Shown here piece by piece: positions 26,165 through 36,871 of a stretch of DNA of 64,000 bases (within the stretch, counting starts at the first letter, position 1; each line of letters starts with the position of its first letter). This DNA is from Octopus sinensis. Its lineage: Eukaryota. The translations under genes were made by a program, and so were the position numbers. The stretch lies in assembly GCF_006345805.1 (NCBI RefSeq), contig NC_043005.1, forward strand, positions 25,668,001 through 25,732,000, read 5' to 3'. A model generated the notes under the pieces. That model was not told the origin of the DNA. It searched no databases and saw only the letters and a program-made list of their open reading frames with translations.

Positions 26165-26617
26165 ACCGGTGTCTCGAAGGCAATTCTTAGATGTTGTCGA
26201 GAAGCAATCAAAGAAAAAAGGCCGGGAATTCTCACCAGAGGAGTCCTTTTTCATCACGACAATGCTCCAGCACACACATCAGTGGTTCCCATGGCAACAA
26301 TTCGTGATTGTGGATACGAACTTGTTCCCCATCCGCTTTAGTCGGCAGACTTAGCCCTCTCTGACTTTCATCTATTTCCAAAAATTGAAAAATCCCTGGC
26401 TGGTCGCCATTTTGTCAGTGACAATGACGTCACAAACGCTGTAGGATGTTTCTTGGAGTCTCAAACAAAAGAGTCCTTCTGCGCCGGGATAATGGCGCTT
26501 CAGCACCGCCGGAGAAAGTGTTCAGCCATCGAGAGGGACTATGTTGAAAAATAAATCACAAGTATTATACAATGTTTTGTTTTTTTGAGGCTCAAGATTG
26601 TTCATACACCCCTCGTA
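26165..26617 (+). mobile_element. mariner transposon 3' fragment (transposase C-terminus, right TIR, TA)
   Basis: One frame 26165-26554: LFHHDNAPAH...VPHPL*SADLALSDFHLF...DYVEK* (HDNA and YSPDL motifs, one nonsense codon). Ends ...cacccctcg-TA. Confidence 0.9.
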
Positions 26618-27037
26618 TGATATTTTTCCATATTCAGTATTTTCAAGGATGTTTCTTTTCATGTCGTGATGTATGTTTCGGAAATTATTTTCTCTTCCCT
26701 GACTTGACTTGACACTCTGTCAGACTATCAGTGGAATATTCTTTAAATCTATCTATCTATCTATAGAAGTTGTTTGTGTATGGAAAGTTTGGTAGCCTTC
26801 AACTAACACTATCTCCTCCGAGACTCTGCGGAGCAAGCTGTCCAAAATTGAGAGTATGATAGAAGGCTTGCTCTTCATTCCGTAGAAGAAAAAAAATTCA
26901 AATCGGACCATGTTAACACCAAAAACACCCCCTCTTCATTTATGTACACAAATGTATATATGCATACACACAAGTGTGTGGGGGGAGAAGCATGGGTGGT
27001 TGAGTGCGTTTGTGTTGACTCTCACTCTTTCCTTTCC

Positions 27038-27070
27038 CGGACGAAGAGCCTATGCTCGAAACGTCACATC
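27038..27070 (+). ncRNA. Degenerate minimal HHR, similar to the 46195 motif
   Basis: CGGACGA-A-GAGC-CTAT-GCTC-GAAA-CGTC-acatc. Core U4G and stem I unpaired. Confidence 0.5.
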
Positions 27071-27183
27071 CTCTTCTTTTTCCATCTCGAACTTTCTCTT
27101 AACGTCAGTCTAATACATTCATTGTGTGCGTCCTTTTGACCCATGTTGTTTCTCTAGCTTTTAATTTTGATTCTCTCTCTCTC

Positions 27184-27226
<43 letters not shown>

Positions 27227-28205
27227 GCATTATGATATATGCGTATTAAAATAAATATGAAAGCCCTTTTTGCGAAAATTCACTATGTAGGACGATAGCA
27301 CACAAAACATGTTCTTTTGATATTTTCCACGCACAATATTGCCACGCATACTCATAAGCTTAAAAATTTATAACTATCTATCAATTCACACAGATGTATA
27401 TTATCTGTATTGTGTGTGTGTGTGTGTCTTTTCATTTAATTTATTTATGTATTCTTTCTCTATTCTCGACTTAATGCATTTATAAAGCTTTTATGAGGAA
27501 ATCAGTGGTGAAACATCGACAAAAGTAATTATTTTTTTATCATCACCTGAATCACATGATAATAATATTCACTTAATAAATCAATTTTCTGTCGCAGTTC
27601 AATTAATAGATTTATTGATAAGTTGTTTTGGCCCTATTTCCTGTATATGGATCTTGCGGGATTGCAGTGTGCGTGATTTTGACAAATAGTTTCTCAGAAT
27701 ACTTTTGGGAATAGTCTTCTGTGTGCGTGAGTGTGTATGAGTGTCGGCGATTGTATGCTTTTATATGCTTGTGTTCCAGTGAGAAATTATAAATGTGTAA
27801 CTGTATGTATTTGTTTATACATGGCTTTGATTATGAGAGAGAGAGAGGAGAGAGAGAGTAAGCCTCTCTGTGTTTGTATTTTATACGTTCGTGTACGTGC
27901 GTGCGTGAGAAATATTTTGTAGAGCGCATGGGTTTTGTAAAAGATTATACATGAATATGTGATTCCAGTCGATCGTTATACGTGTTGATGTGTTCGTGTG
28001 TGTTTGCTTGTAATTCTTCAAATGTGTTTATATGAGAATTTATCCATATGCCGCTATGTATACGTTTGCAGTGATGTGTGATTGTCTCTTCATTTCATAA
28101 ACTTGATGTTCAATATTATATGTATTTACCCAAACAGTGTTTACTGTGGACAGTTAATTTCATTCGCAAAATGTGGCTTTATGTGGCTTTTGTACAAATA
28201 TTTCA

Positions 28206-28269
<64 letters not shown>

Positions 28270-28599
28270 CATTATTAAGTGAGAGAGTAGCACATACCAT
28301 CGAAGTGAAGCTGTATTATTGTTCTTATTGAAGATGACGTTGACGACGACAACGAGGATGAGGATAACGACGATGATGGTGATGATTAAAGTAATCGTAG
28401 TAATGATAAAGAATATTAGCAATAATAATGAACACAAAAGCCTGGCATGAGAAACTTGAACTACCAGACATCATCAGAAGAAAACAGTTGGCAGCCATAA
28501 GAGGAACATTGCATGTGTAGAGGCAAGCTTTGCATTTCGAAACTGTGTGAAGTAGCTGAGACATGACATAAATAAGCGAAGCCTTCGAAAATAATATAA

Positions 28600-28970
28600 T
28601 ATAAGAAGAAGAAGAAGAAGAAGAAGAACAACAACAACAACAACAATAAGAAGAACAACAATAGTAATAATAATAGGAATAACAACAATAATAATAATAG
28701 GAATAACAACACTAATCATAAAAATAACAATAATAATAATAACAATAATAATAATCACAACAACAATAATAGTAATAACAACAACAATAATAATAATAGT
28801 AATAACACCAATAATAATAATAACAGCAATGATAATAATAACAATAATACTAATAATAATAATCATAATCATAATGATAATAACAATAATAACAACAACA
28901 ATAATATTAACAATAATAATTATAACAACAATAATAATAATAATAATGATGATGATAATAATAATAATAT
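28600..28970. repeat. (GAA)n/(AAC)n/(AAT)n compound trinucleotide repeat
   Basis: Direct reading. Confidence 0.95.
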
Positions 28971-29141
28971 TTTAATTTTTAAAAAAAATGAACGAACTAT
29001 TGAGTTTGGTTTAATGGCCTACCAATGTATACTATGAGTTTCTTTGCCCTAGGAGTCGGGAAGACACTCGGCAAGAAATGGAAGCAAATTTGAAAGAAGA
29101 AAAAAAAATAATAATAATAATAATATAATAAAATAATAATG

Positions 29142-29180
<39 letters not shown>

Positions 29181-29224
29181 TAATATGATAATAATAATAA
29201 TAATAATAATAATAAAATAATAAT

Positions 29225-30385
29225 CCCAAAAGATTCTACCAAGAACTTGGCAAAGATAAATCAGTGATCAATCCAGCACCAACAGGCTAACCTACAAAAC
29301 TACGGACTGATACCTTGTCTCCTTACTATTTACAAAACATTTACTGCAATAATATCAAAGATAAAGGTCAAACACTATGAAAAAAAACAATCCGTTTTCA
29401 GAAAAGCCGAAGGGATGCTGCAAGGGCGTATATGGATGGAAAGAACAATTATTGATCAATAAAGTCATAACTGAAATCAACCGAAAGAAAAAGAAGGGTC
29501 TAGCATGGCTTGGGCAAAACAAGTACCTATTTTCTGTCTTCAAAGAAGAGTTTATAGTACCTGAGAACTATGAAGAAAAAGAAGAAACAACAAAAGCTGT
29601 AAAGCAACTATAAGCTAAATATAAGCTAAAACTAGAACGACCTTGATAAAACGATGGAAAGAAAGGCCCTTGAATGGAAAATCATAGGATAAACAAATAT
29701 GAAGGAAATGAAGTAAAATCTCAACAAGTTTTAGAATCTATGAACTCAAAACATAGACGGAAGGATTCAAATTACGTCTACAAGATTAAAGGCTCCCCAC
29801 TAGAAACCACCAAAAGCATACAATGAAGAAAAATGAAGTAATTGTAAAATATGTGGTGATGAGGAAGAAACATTAAATTATATTTCTCAGGTTATCCAGT
29901 CGTGGCTTATAAGGAATATATCCAGACATAAGAGAGGTGGAGCTATATACAAAGGCAGCTGTGCCAGAACTTTGGAATGGCAACAGAAAACGTGGTATAA
30001 GGATATCCCAGAAAAAGTATCCATAATCTGGGATATACCAATTCTCACAGTTAGAGAGATCGAGGCAAATCCGCCAGATATTGTTGTCATGAACTACTAA
30101 ATCAGAAAAATGACTTTTAACTGATATAACATTTCCAACATAAGATAATTTATCCCTGTAAGAAACGGAGAAATTCGCAAAATGCAAAAATCTGGGAATA
30201 GAGATGACCCGTGCGTGGAACAGGAAAACAGAAATAATCCTTATAATAGGTACATTAGCTATGGTAAAAAAAACACAGATGAATATATAACCAAAAACAA
30301 CAGGACTACTGCATACATATGTCGTACATAAAATACCACTGCTAGGCACTGAAAAACAACCTACTTAAAGCACATTCAATACAGT
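29225..30385 (+). mobile_element. Decayed, internally deleted R4/Dong-like LINE (RT start + CCHC + restriction-like endonuclease)
   Basis: NYGLIPCLLTIYK..KGCCKGVYGWKEQLLINKVI; NCKICGDEEETLNYI; IIWDIPILTVREIEANPPDIVV (NRPD-like motif). Confidence 0.75.
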
Positions 30386-30399
30386 AAAAATAACACGTT

Positions 30400-30555
30400 T
30401 ATGTCCTCGTAAATTAGCGGTTCGGCAAAAGAGACCGTTAGAATAAGTACTAGGCTAACAAAGAAGAAGTCCCGGGGCCGATTTGCTTGACTAAAGGCGA
30501 TGCTCCAGCATGGCCACAGTCAAATGACTGAAACAAGTAAATGAGTAAAAGAGTA
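30400..30555 (+). mobile_element. SINE family A tail fragment
   Basis: ttagcggttcggcaaaagagacc...gactgaaacaagtaa. Confidence 0.75.
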
Positions 30556-30746
30556 TATATTCAATGCACACAGCTCTGCGGCCAGTAGTGCAGCGAAAGC
30601 ACGTGACAAAATTAAGATTACTTATTATTATTATTATTATCATTATTTGCATATAAAAGCTTTCATGCAATAGCTCAATAATTAAATAACATATTGATTC
30701 GTCTCTAATACCTTCTTCGTTCGAAATAATATGCAGAGCGTTGTTG

Positions 30747-30792
<46 letters not shown>

Positions 30793-30863
30793 ATATGCAT
30801 ACATACATACATATGCACACATGTATACATGCAAGTGTATGCATATACCACTATACAGACATA

Positions 30864-30917
<54 letters not shown>

Positions 30918-31664
30918 GTTGTGTGTGTATGTGTGTATATACACACACATACACATGCATGTAAATATTTATGGGCACATTGCTGCAGACGGTCTTTTAG
31001 CTTTTAAATCATATAAAGTGTTTTTGTTATCTATCTTTATCTAATTTTGCTGTTATATATATTATCAATACAACCTTTGCTACTCTATTGTAAATATCTT
31101 TTGACATAATGATTTACATTTCAGGAAAAGTTTCGTAACCGAAGTATGAGATAATATTTTTCCTCAAAACGGTACAATAGAACCTATCAATTGTATAAGC
31201 CGAAAGAACGACGAATCACATCGGAATTTCACCATTCATTTCACTATTTGCAATACTCTCAGTGTATTAAAACTACTGTCTCAGTTGAAGAGACCTTATG
31301 CTTAGGTATGGAAGGCCTTTACCTTCTCATTGAGATACAGCCACTCTGTTGTCATTTATTTTCAGCAAAATCCATATAATTCTATACGGCACCGATCTCT
31401 GTTTCCTATATTGCCATTCAATGGTGTCTAAAATCTAACAGCATGAGTTTTCTATTGCCAATAGTTGAGTAATTATCTGACATTGATAAATATGCAGCAC
31501 TAGTGATGTACAAATATAACATTGACGCAATATCTAGATATATACACTACAATAAGGAGATTTTGAACTGTTACGAACATAGTTTTCATGGCAGCATCAA
31601 AACTGTTACCAATCGCTGAATTATTGTTTCAATCAGCGAAAGTTGCTAGATTAGATTCACCACA

Positions 31665-31832
31665 CGGCCATGACGCTCCCCCACTATTTCTGCTTGTGAT
31701 GAGAGATGCACATATCGTCAGTCACTAAGGGACATGGTCAACTGATTAAGGTCAAACAACTGACAAGCAAATTTGTGGTATTGAGCAGAATATTCGCTGT
31801 AGCCCATCTTTTATACCAAGACAAAACAATGT
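31665..31832 (+). repeat. Partial copy of the unclassified interspersed repeat at 43597-44145
   Basis: ctcccccacta...accaagacaaaacaatgt shared. Confidence 0.8.
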
Positions 31833-31959
31833 TGTTGTTGTTGTTGTTGTTGTTCTTCTTCTTCTTCTTCTTCTTCTTCTTCTTCTTTTATTCTTATTCT
31901 TATTCTTATTCTTATTCTTCTTATTCTTCTTCTCCTCCTCCTCATCCTTCTTCTTCTTA

Positions 31960-32001
<42 letters not shown>

Positions 32002-32910
32002 TATTATTATTATTATTACTTTCAATCTGCCCTGCCTGTTCATTACAATCACTTGCCGAAACACACCCGGCGTCCTAGGGTGAGTGAAGGATAAGAGGAT
32101 GCTACTGAAAGCTTGGGAAGGGGAAGTGCCAGAGACAGTAGCGAAATATCTTCATGTAATACAACACAGGCATTTAAATTGGTAGGGTTTTCTAAACATG
32201 CGTGCAGTACTTTTCATCACAATTTCTGAATTTCTTTGAGACGTGGTTCTCCTGAGATATATATTTATATATACACATATATACACCATACCGAAAATCA
32301 GAGAAACTGATGTATATCACATATAAACTTGAATATTAAAACCCATGAAAAACAATCAGCCACTGACTACATATAACTTATGCTTAGTTACATAATTTCT
32401 TTTCTTATTTGAATGCAGCAACGAATGTTGAGATTTAGTATGAGCTTGACTGACGGTGTCTATCGCCAGCAGGATAATTCGAATCGGAATACTGGTGTCT
32501 TACAAGCCATAGATGTCAATAGAAATGAACTCTAGTTTTAACACATCAGTCACTGCAAAACCTTTGACTGGCACAAAATGCTACAGCTACGAAAGCTTTA
32601 CGTTTGTATGCGTGTTATAAATATTATATAATTGTCTTTATTTTAAACCAATATTAATACAAATATGTGTATTGATTTCATTTAAAACCTTGCTGGATCC
32701 CACACAAATCAGCGAATGTTATATTTTATTGATTTCTATATCGAAACGAAATTTTCACTTAGACCAACCAGTATGACCGCAGGTGAAAGTCATTGTCAAC
32801 CAGCTGTGATTTTAATACATGAGGTCTCTTCAGAGAAGTTTCTCCGAGACAAAGTAGTACAACTTAAACTAACAACATATCTGTTCGTTTCTATATACAT
32901 TATTAATATC

Positions 32911-32983
<73 letters not shown>

Positions 32984-32990
32984 ATAGCAC

Positions 32991-33051
32991 CAGGTGGTGC
33001 TATTAAGTTAGACATGGCCTGGGCCAATAATGGCCGAAACTATCAAAGTAT

Positions 33052-33055
<4 letters not shown>
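32991..33055 (+). mobile_element. Very short CR1-like 3' tail copy
   Basis: caggtggtgctattaagttagacatggcctgg... matches 52438-52510. Confidence 0.7.
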
Positions 33056-33111
<56 letters not shown>

Positions 33112-33118
33112 TATATAT

Positions 33119-33505
33119 AAAAATAATAGTTATCGCCATACTAATATGGCATTCTTATAAAAATAAGAAAAATGCTGTCCGCTTATTAGCTCCATGAGGC
33201 CATCGCCTTAGTGGATGTATTCCACCGAAACTAGGTAAATAAAACCATCGAACAGAGATTGTCGGAAGCGACACCTACTGGCTGGCTACGCTGCATTGGA
33301 AAAGGGGCAATACCCCCGAACGCGTCTGTAGCTGCCGGTCAAGTAGTGTGGAGCGACTGACCTCCCTTGTTCGAAGGTTATATGGATACAGTTTGTGTAT
33401 CAAATAGCTAACTTAAGGCGATGGCCTCATGGAGCTAATAAGCGGACAGCATTTTTCTTATTTTTATAAGAATGCCATATTAGTATGGCGATAACTATTA
33501 TTTTT
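33119..33505. mobile_element. MITE-like or fold-back element with perfect ~92-bp inverted repeats (33119-33210 / 33414-33505)
   Basis: Arms read as exact reverse complements by eye; no clear target site duplication. Confidence 0.7.
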
Positions 33506-33557
33506 CGGGAACGCTGCCGCTGTCTCTTTTAGAGAGACTTAGTTATTTTAATATTTC

Positions 33558-33615
<58 letters not shown>

Positions 33616-33759
33616 TATATATATATTATATATATATATATATAGACATACATATATTTTTCGTTTTTCCTGTTTCAGCTCAGAGCTGTGGCCATGCTGA
33701 TACACCACCGTATATATGTATGTATGTATCTATATATATATATATTAAGGTATGTAGAA

Positions 33760-34560
33760 AAATACAACATGGACAAGAACGTATAACTCAAGAAGACGAT
33801 ACAATAAACACGGACAGGACATTCGAAACCCTCAGTCTTCAGTCAAGAACCGGATCATCGTAGTAATTTCGGCTGATTAATCTTGAGATTACTAGATCAC
33901 GGCCAGCCCTCCAAGAAAAACTAAGCAACGAGCATTAGAAAAACTAAGCTGGGAGCGTAGATTTCCTGGAAGAAGGATCGAATGCATACGGACACCAGGA
34001 CAGCAAAAGGGACGAATATAAAAAAACAAAAAAATAATGGAATACAGAAACATGAAATACAGAAGCATTAACGGTGAAAACAACAAGTGTCTTACGACTG
34101 ATAACAAGCAAACAAATTTTTTCTCTGGCGCAAGGAAAGGAGCCTTATCGGCGATGCCTATAGCGGCGGACGAAAAACAACGATGTTAACACGACGTGGT
34201 CAGAAGCTGAAAGGCAGATTTCGGCCAGCAGTCACGTGACAGAGAAGAGAGAAGAAAAGAAAAGAAAGAGAAGCAACGGAAGAGAGAGAGAGAGGAGGGA
34301 CAAACCGCAACAAAGAGAGAGAAGAGAGAGAAAGAAGGAATCAGAGAGGAGAAGGGATGGGTGTCGAAGAGCGACCTGTGAGTGCAGAGCGAGACAAAGA
34401 AATAGGAGGGTAGTGGAAGATTAGACCAAAGAATCAGAGAAAGAGAAGAGAAAAAGAGGATGAGTAGAGAGAGAAGGGGACAGATCAAGTAAAAGTGAGA
34501 GAGAGAGAGAGAGACAACAAGAGTCGTACCAGTTATTAAGAATATGTGCTCACATTAATG
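33760..34560 (-). repeat. Pyrimidine-rich non-coding interspersed element (pLTR-like); related to 54715-55065
   Basis: Minus strand shares ctaatgctcg..aatctcaagatt..gatgatccggttcttgactgaaga with 54870-55010. Confidence 0.6.
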
Positions 34561-34601
34561 TTAAGAGGGTACGTGGCGCCTGGAATATATGTTAAGGTAT
34601 G

Positions 34602-34654
<53 letters not shown>

Positions 34655-34712
34655 TACGGAGATGTACTCGCATAGCAAGTAATTTGATCTGAGATCGTGT
34701 GCTGAAACGAAA

Positions 34713-34847
34713 ACAATTGCAGCGTGGAAGGTGTTTATAAGCCATTTAAGAAACACACAAAAGCCGTTCGATTCACTTCAACATTTTAAATTTAAATTTA
34801 AAATTAAACTTAAATGTTGAAGTGAATCGAACACCTTCCACGCTGCA

Positions 34848-34852
<5 letters not shown>
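34713..34852. repeat. Fold-back with internal deletion at a microhomology
   Basis: The right arm is the reverse complement of 34766-34787 fused to the reverse complement of 34713-34734. Confidence 0.85.
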
Positions 34853-34883
<31 letters not shown>

Positions 34884-35012
34884 TAAAAAGAATTCCAACC
34901 TTGTCTGATTTTCACGTTTTATTTACAATCTTATAATGATATATTATAAGATAATATATTATAATTGAATAAAATAAAATGAAATAGTAGAATGTTAAAT
35001 ATTCATTCTGAT

Positions 35013-35057
35013 TGAACTAGTACTTTCATGCATTGAATTCTGCAATCTTCGGGTTCA
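35013..35057 (-). ncRNA. HHR in the inverted PLE arm (identical to 39614-39658)
   Basis: Reverse complement reads tgaac-ccgaaga-ttgca-gaattcaa-tgcat-gaaa-gtac-ta-gttca. Confidence 0.65.
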
Positions 35058-36217
35058 TGTAGTAGTGTTGACAGTCATGCTTCACAATTTTGACTGTAGC
35101 AAGATGATTGATTCTGTGCTATAAATACAGCTGGGTAGGCTCCAGAGTGCTAGGTTTTGCAAACGTATTCTGACCAATCATTGTGTAGTATCATCAATTA
35201 CTTAAGCTGATTGGTTGGTTGAGCTGATTGGTTTAGGCATCACGCTTTGTTGGACATGTCAAGAGTCCTGTATCTTGACCCTGGCCGAAGCAGCAATTGT
35301 TGGGTTATTTTTAGAAATGTTGTAAATATCCTTTGTCAGAGATTTTTATATTTTTATATTTCAATTGTCATCATCATCATTGTCAGCACCTTAATTATTG
35401 TTGCTAGTGGTGATGGTGGTGGCAATAGAACTTTTAACCCTAAATAAGATAATTTTCCTGCTATCTTCGTCTTGATCACCTTTAGTATTGTTGTTGTTGT
35501 TAGTGGTCATGGTCGTAGCAGTGGAAGTAATACCTCTAAGTATTATTATTATTATTATTGCTTATTTAGCTTGGGTTCGAATTTATCAATAAATTCTTTT
35601 CTCTGATTTTCCTCTCGATTTCACTTGGCTGTGTAATTTGTAGAATGGAAATATTATATATATTTTCCGACCACATGTTGCTAGGTGGTTACTCAAAGGT
35701 ATCTGACGGACCTCTGGGTCTCTAATCTGTTGCCGGTGTACACGTGAGCGTTCTAATAGTGCGTTCCCGTCTGACCTACATATATTTCTTCACAATTTGG
35801 GCATTTGATGCAGTAAATTAAATTTCTGCTTTTGCAGTTCATATTCGCGTTTGTGAATATTTTCCCGGTTTTTTGTGTTATATATTGACCGGTATGTATG
35901 AATTGGCATGTGCCACATCGGCTATCATTGCATTTAGATACCGTGAATGTTTGGTCTTTGTTGCTGAGGTCAAATTTTGCCTTTGTTAGTAATGTTTTCA
36001 AGTTTTTAGGCTGTCTTTTACTAAGCACCATAGCTCGATCCGTGATTATGTCTTTTAATTCATTACTTTGGGCAATGATTGGTAGGTTTGCTTTGGCAAT
36101 GTTGAAGATATTCTGGTGACATGGGTTGTGTGTCACTATGAATGGTATGACTTGTTCTTGTTTTCCTCTTCCTTGGGTTGTCCTAAGTTGTTGTATAGGT
36201 ATTTTTATAGCCCGCTG

Positions 36218-36871
36218 CGAGAACTATGGATCAGAGATATCTCAAAAGAAGAAAGCAGATCAAGAAAGTTTTGGCAGCGGAAACAATTATTTTTCGACAA
36301 ATATGCTACAAACTACGGTAAAGACAACAGAGCTCCGAGAAATAGCATTAAAAGTGGACAACCTCACCAACGCAACATACACCAGAACACGTGGCAACAT
36401 GAACACCTGTTTCACCACGAATCGAAGACGAACTACGGTAAGAACTCTTCCCATTTTGTATGCAAACACCCCAATGCACACAACAGGAACAAAAAGCACA
36501 AACAAAATAGATATTGTTTTGAACAGACCATTAGCAGTAGAAATAACAGATCATTTTCAAGACCTCAACAGAGATTACCCACAAGAAACTGGACAAAAAA
36601 CCGATCTAGATCTAGAAGTAAACCCAGATCATTTCTCCAGGTGGTTAAAAACAATGCTAACAAGAAATTGAAAAGTAGCATACATAATACCAAAAACAAG
36701 ACAGAAAACATAACGAAACCAAGTAAAGTACCACAACCAAAACGCAAAATTCATCAAGCAAACATCAACAGGAATATAATCATAACCAGAAAAAAATCCA
36801 TTTTTTTACGTCAGGACAACAAACACCGGAGAAAGAAAAAATCCAAGAGGAAACATACCCCAAACAACTGA
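36218..36871 (+). pseudogene. 5'-truncated basic N-terminal part of the PLE ORF, out of frame with the RT
   Basis: Open from the inversion junction: RELWIRDISKEE...RSFLQVVKNN...HRRKKKSKRKHTPNN*. It overlaps the RT frame, which is open from 36786. Confidence 0.6.

Noticed and set aside
33015-33045. GGCC..GGCC-GAAAC resembling HHR stem II
   Set aside because: No CUGANGA core; better explained as the CR1 3' stem-loop.
36116-36217. ATG starts of ORFs 36116 and 36126
   Set aside because: They lie in the antisense inverted arm; the reading across the junction is fortuitous.
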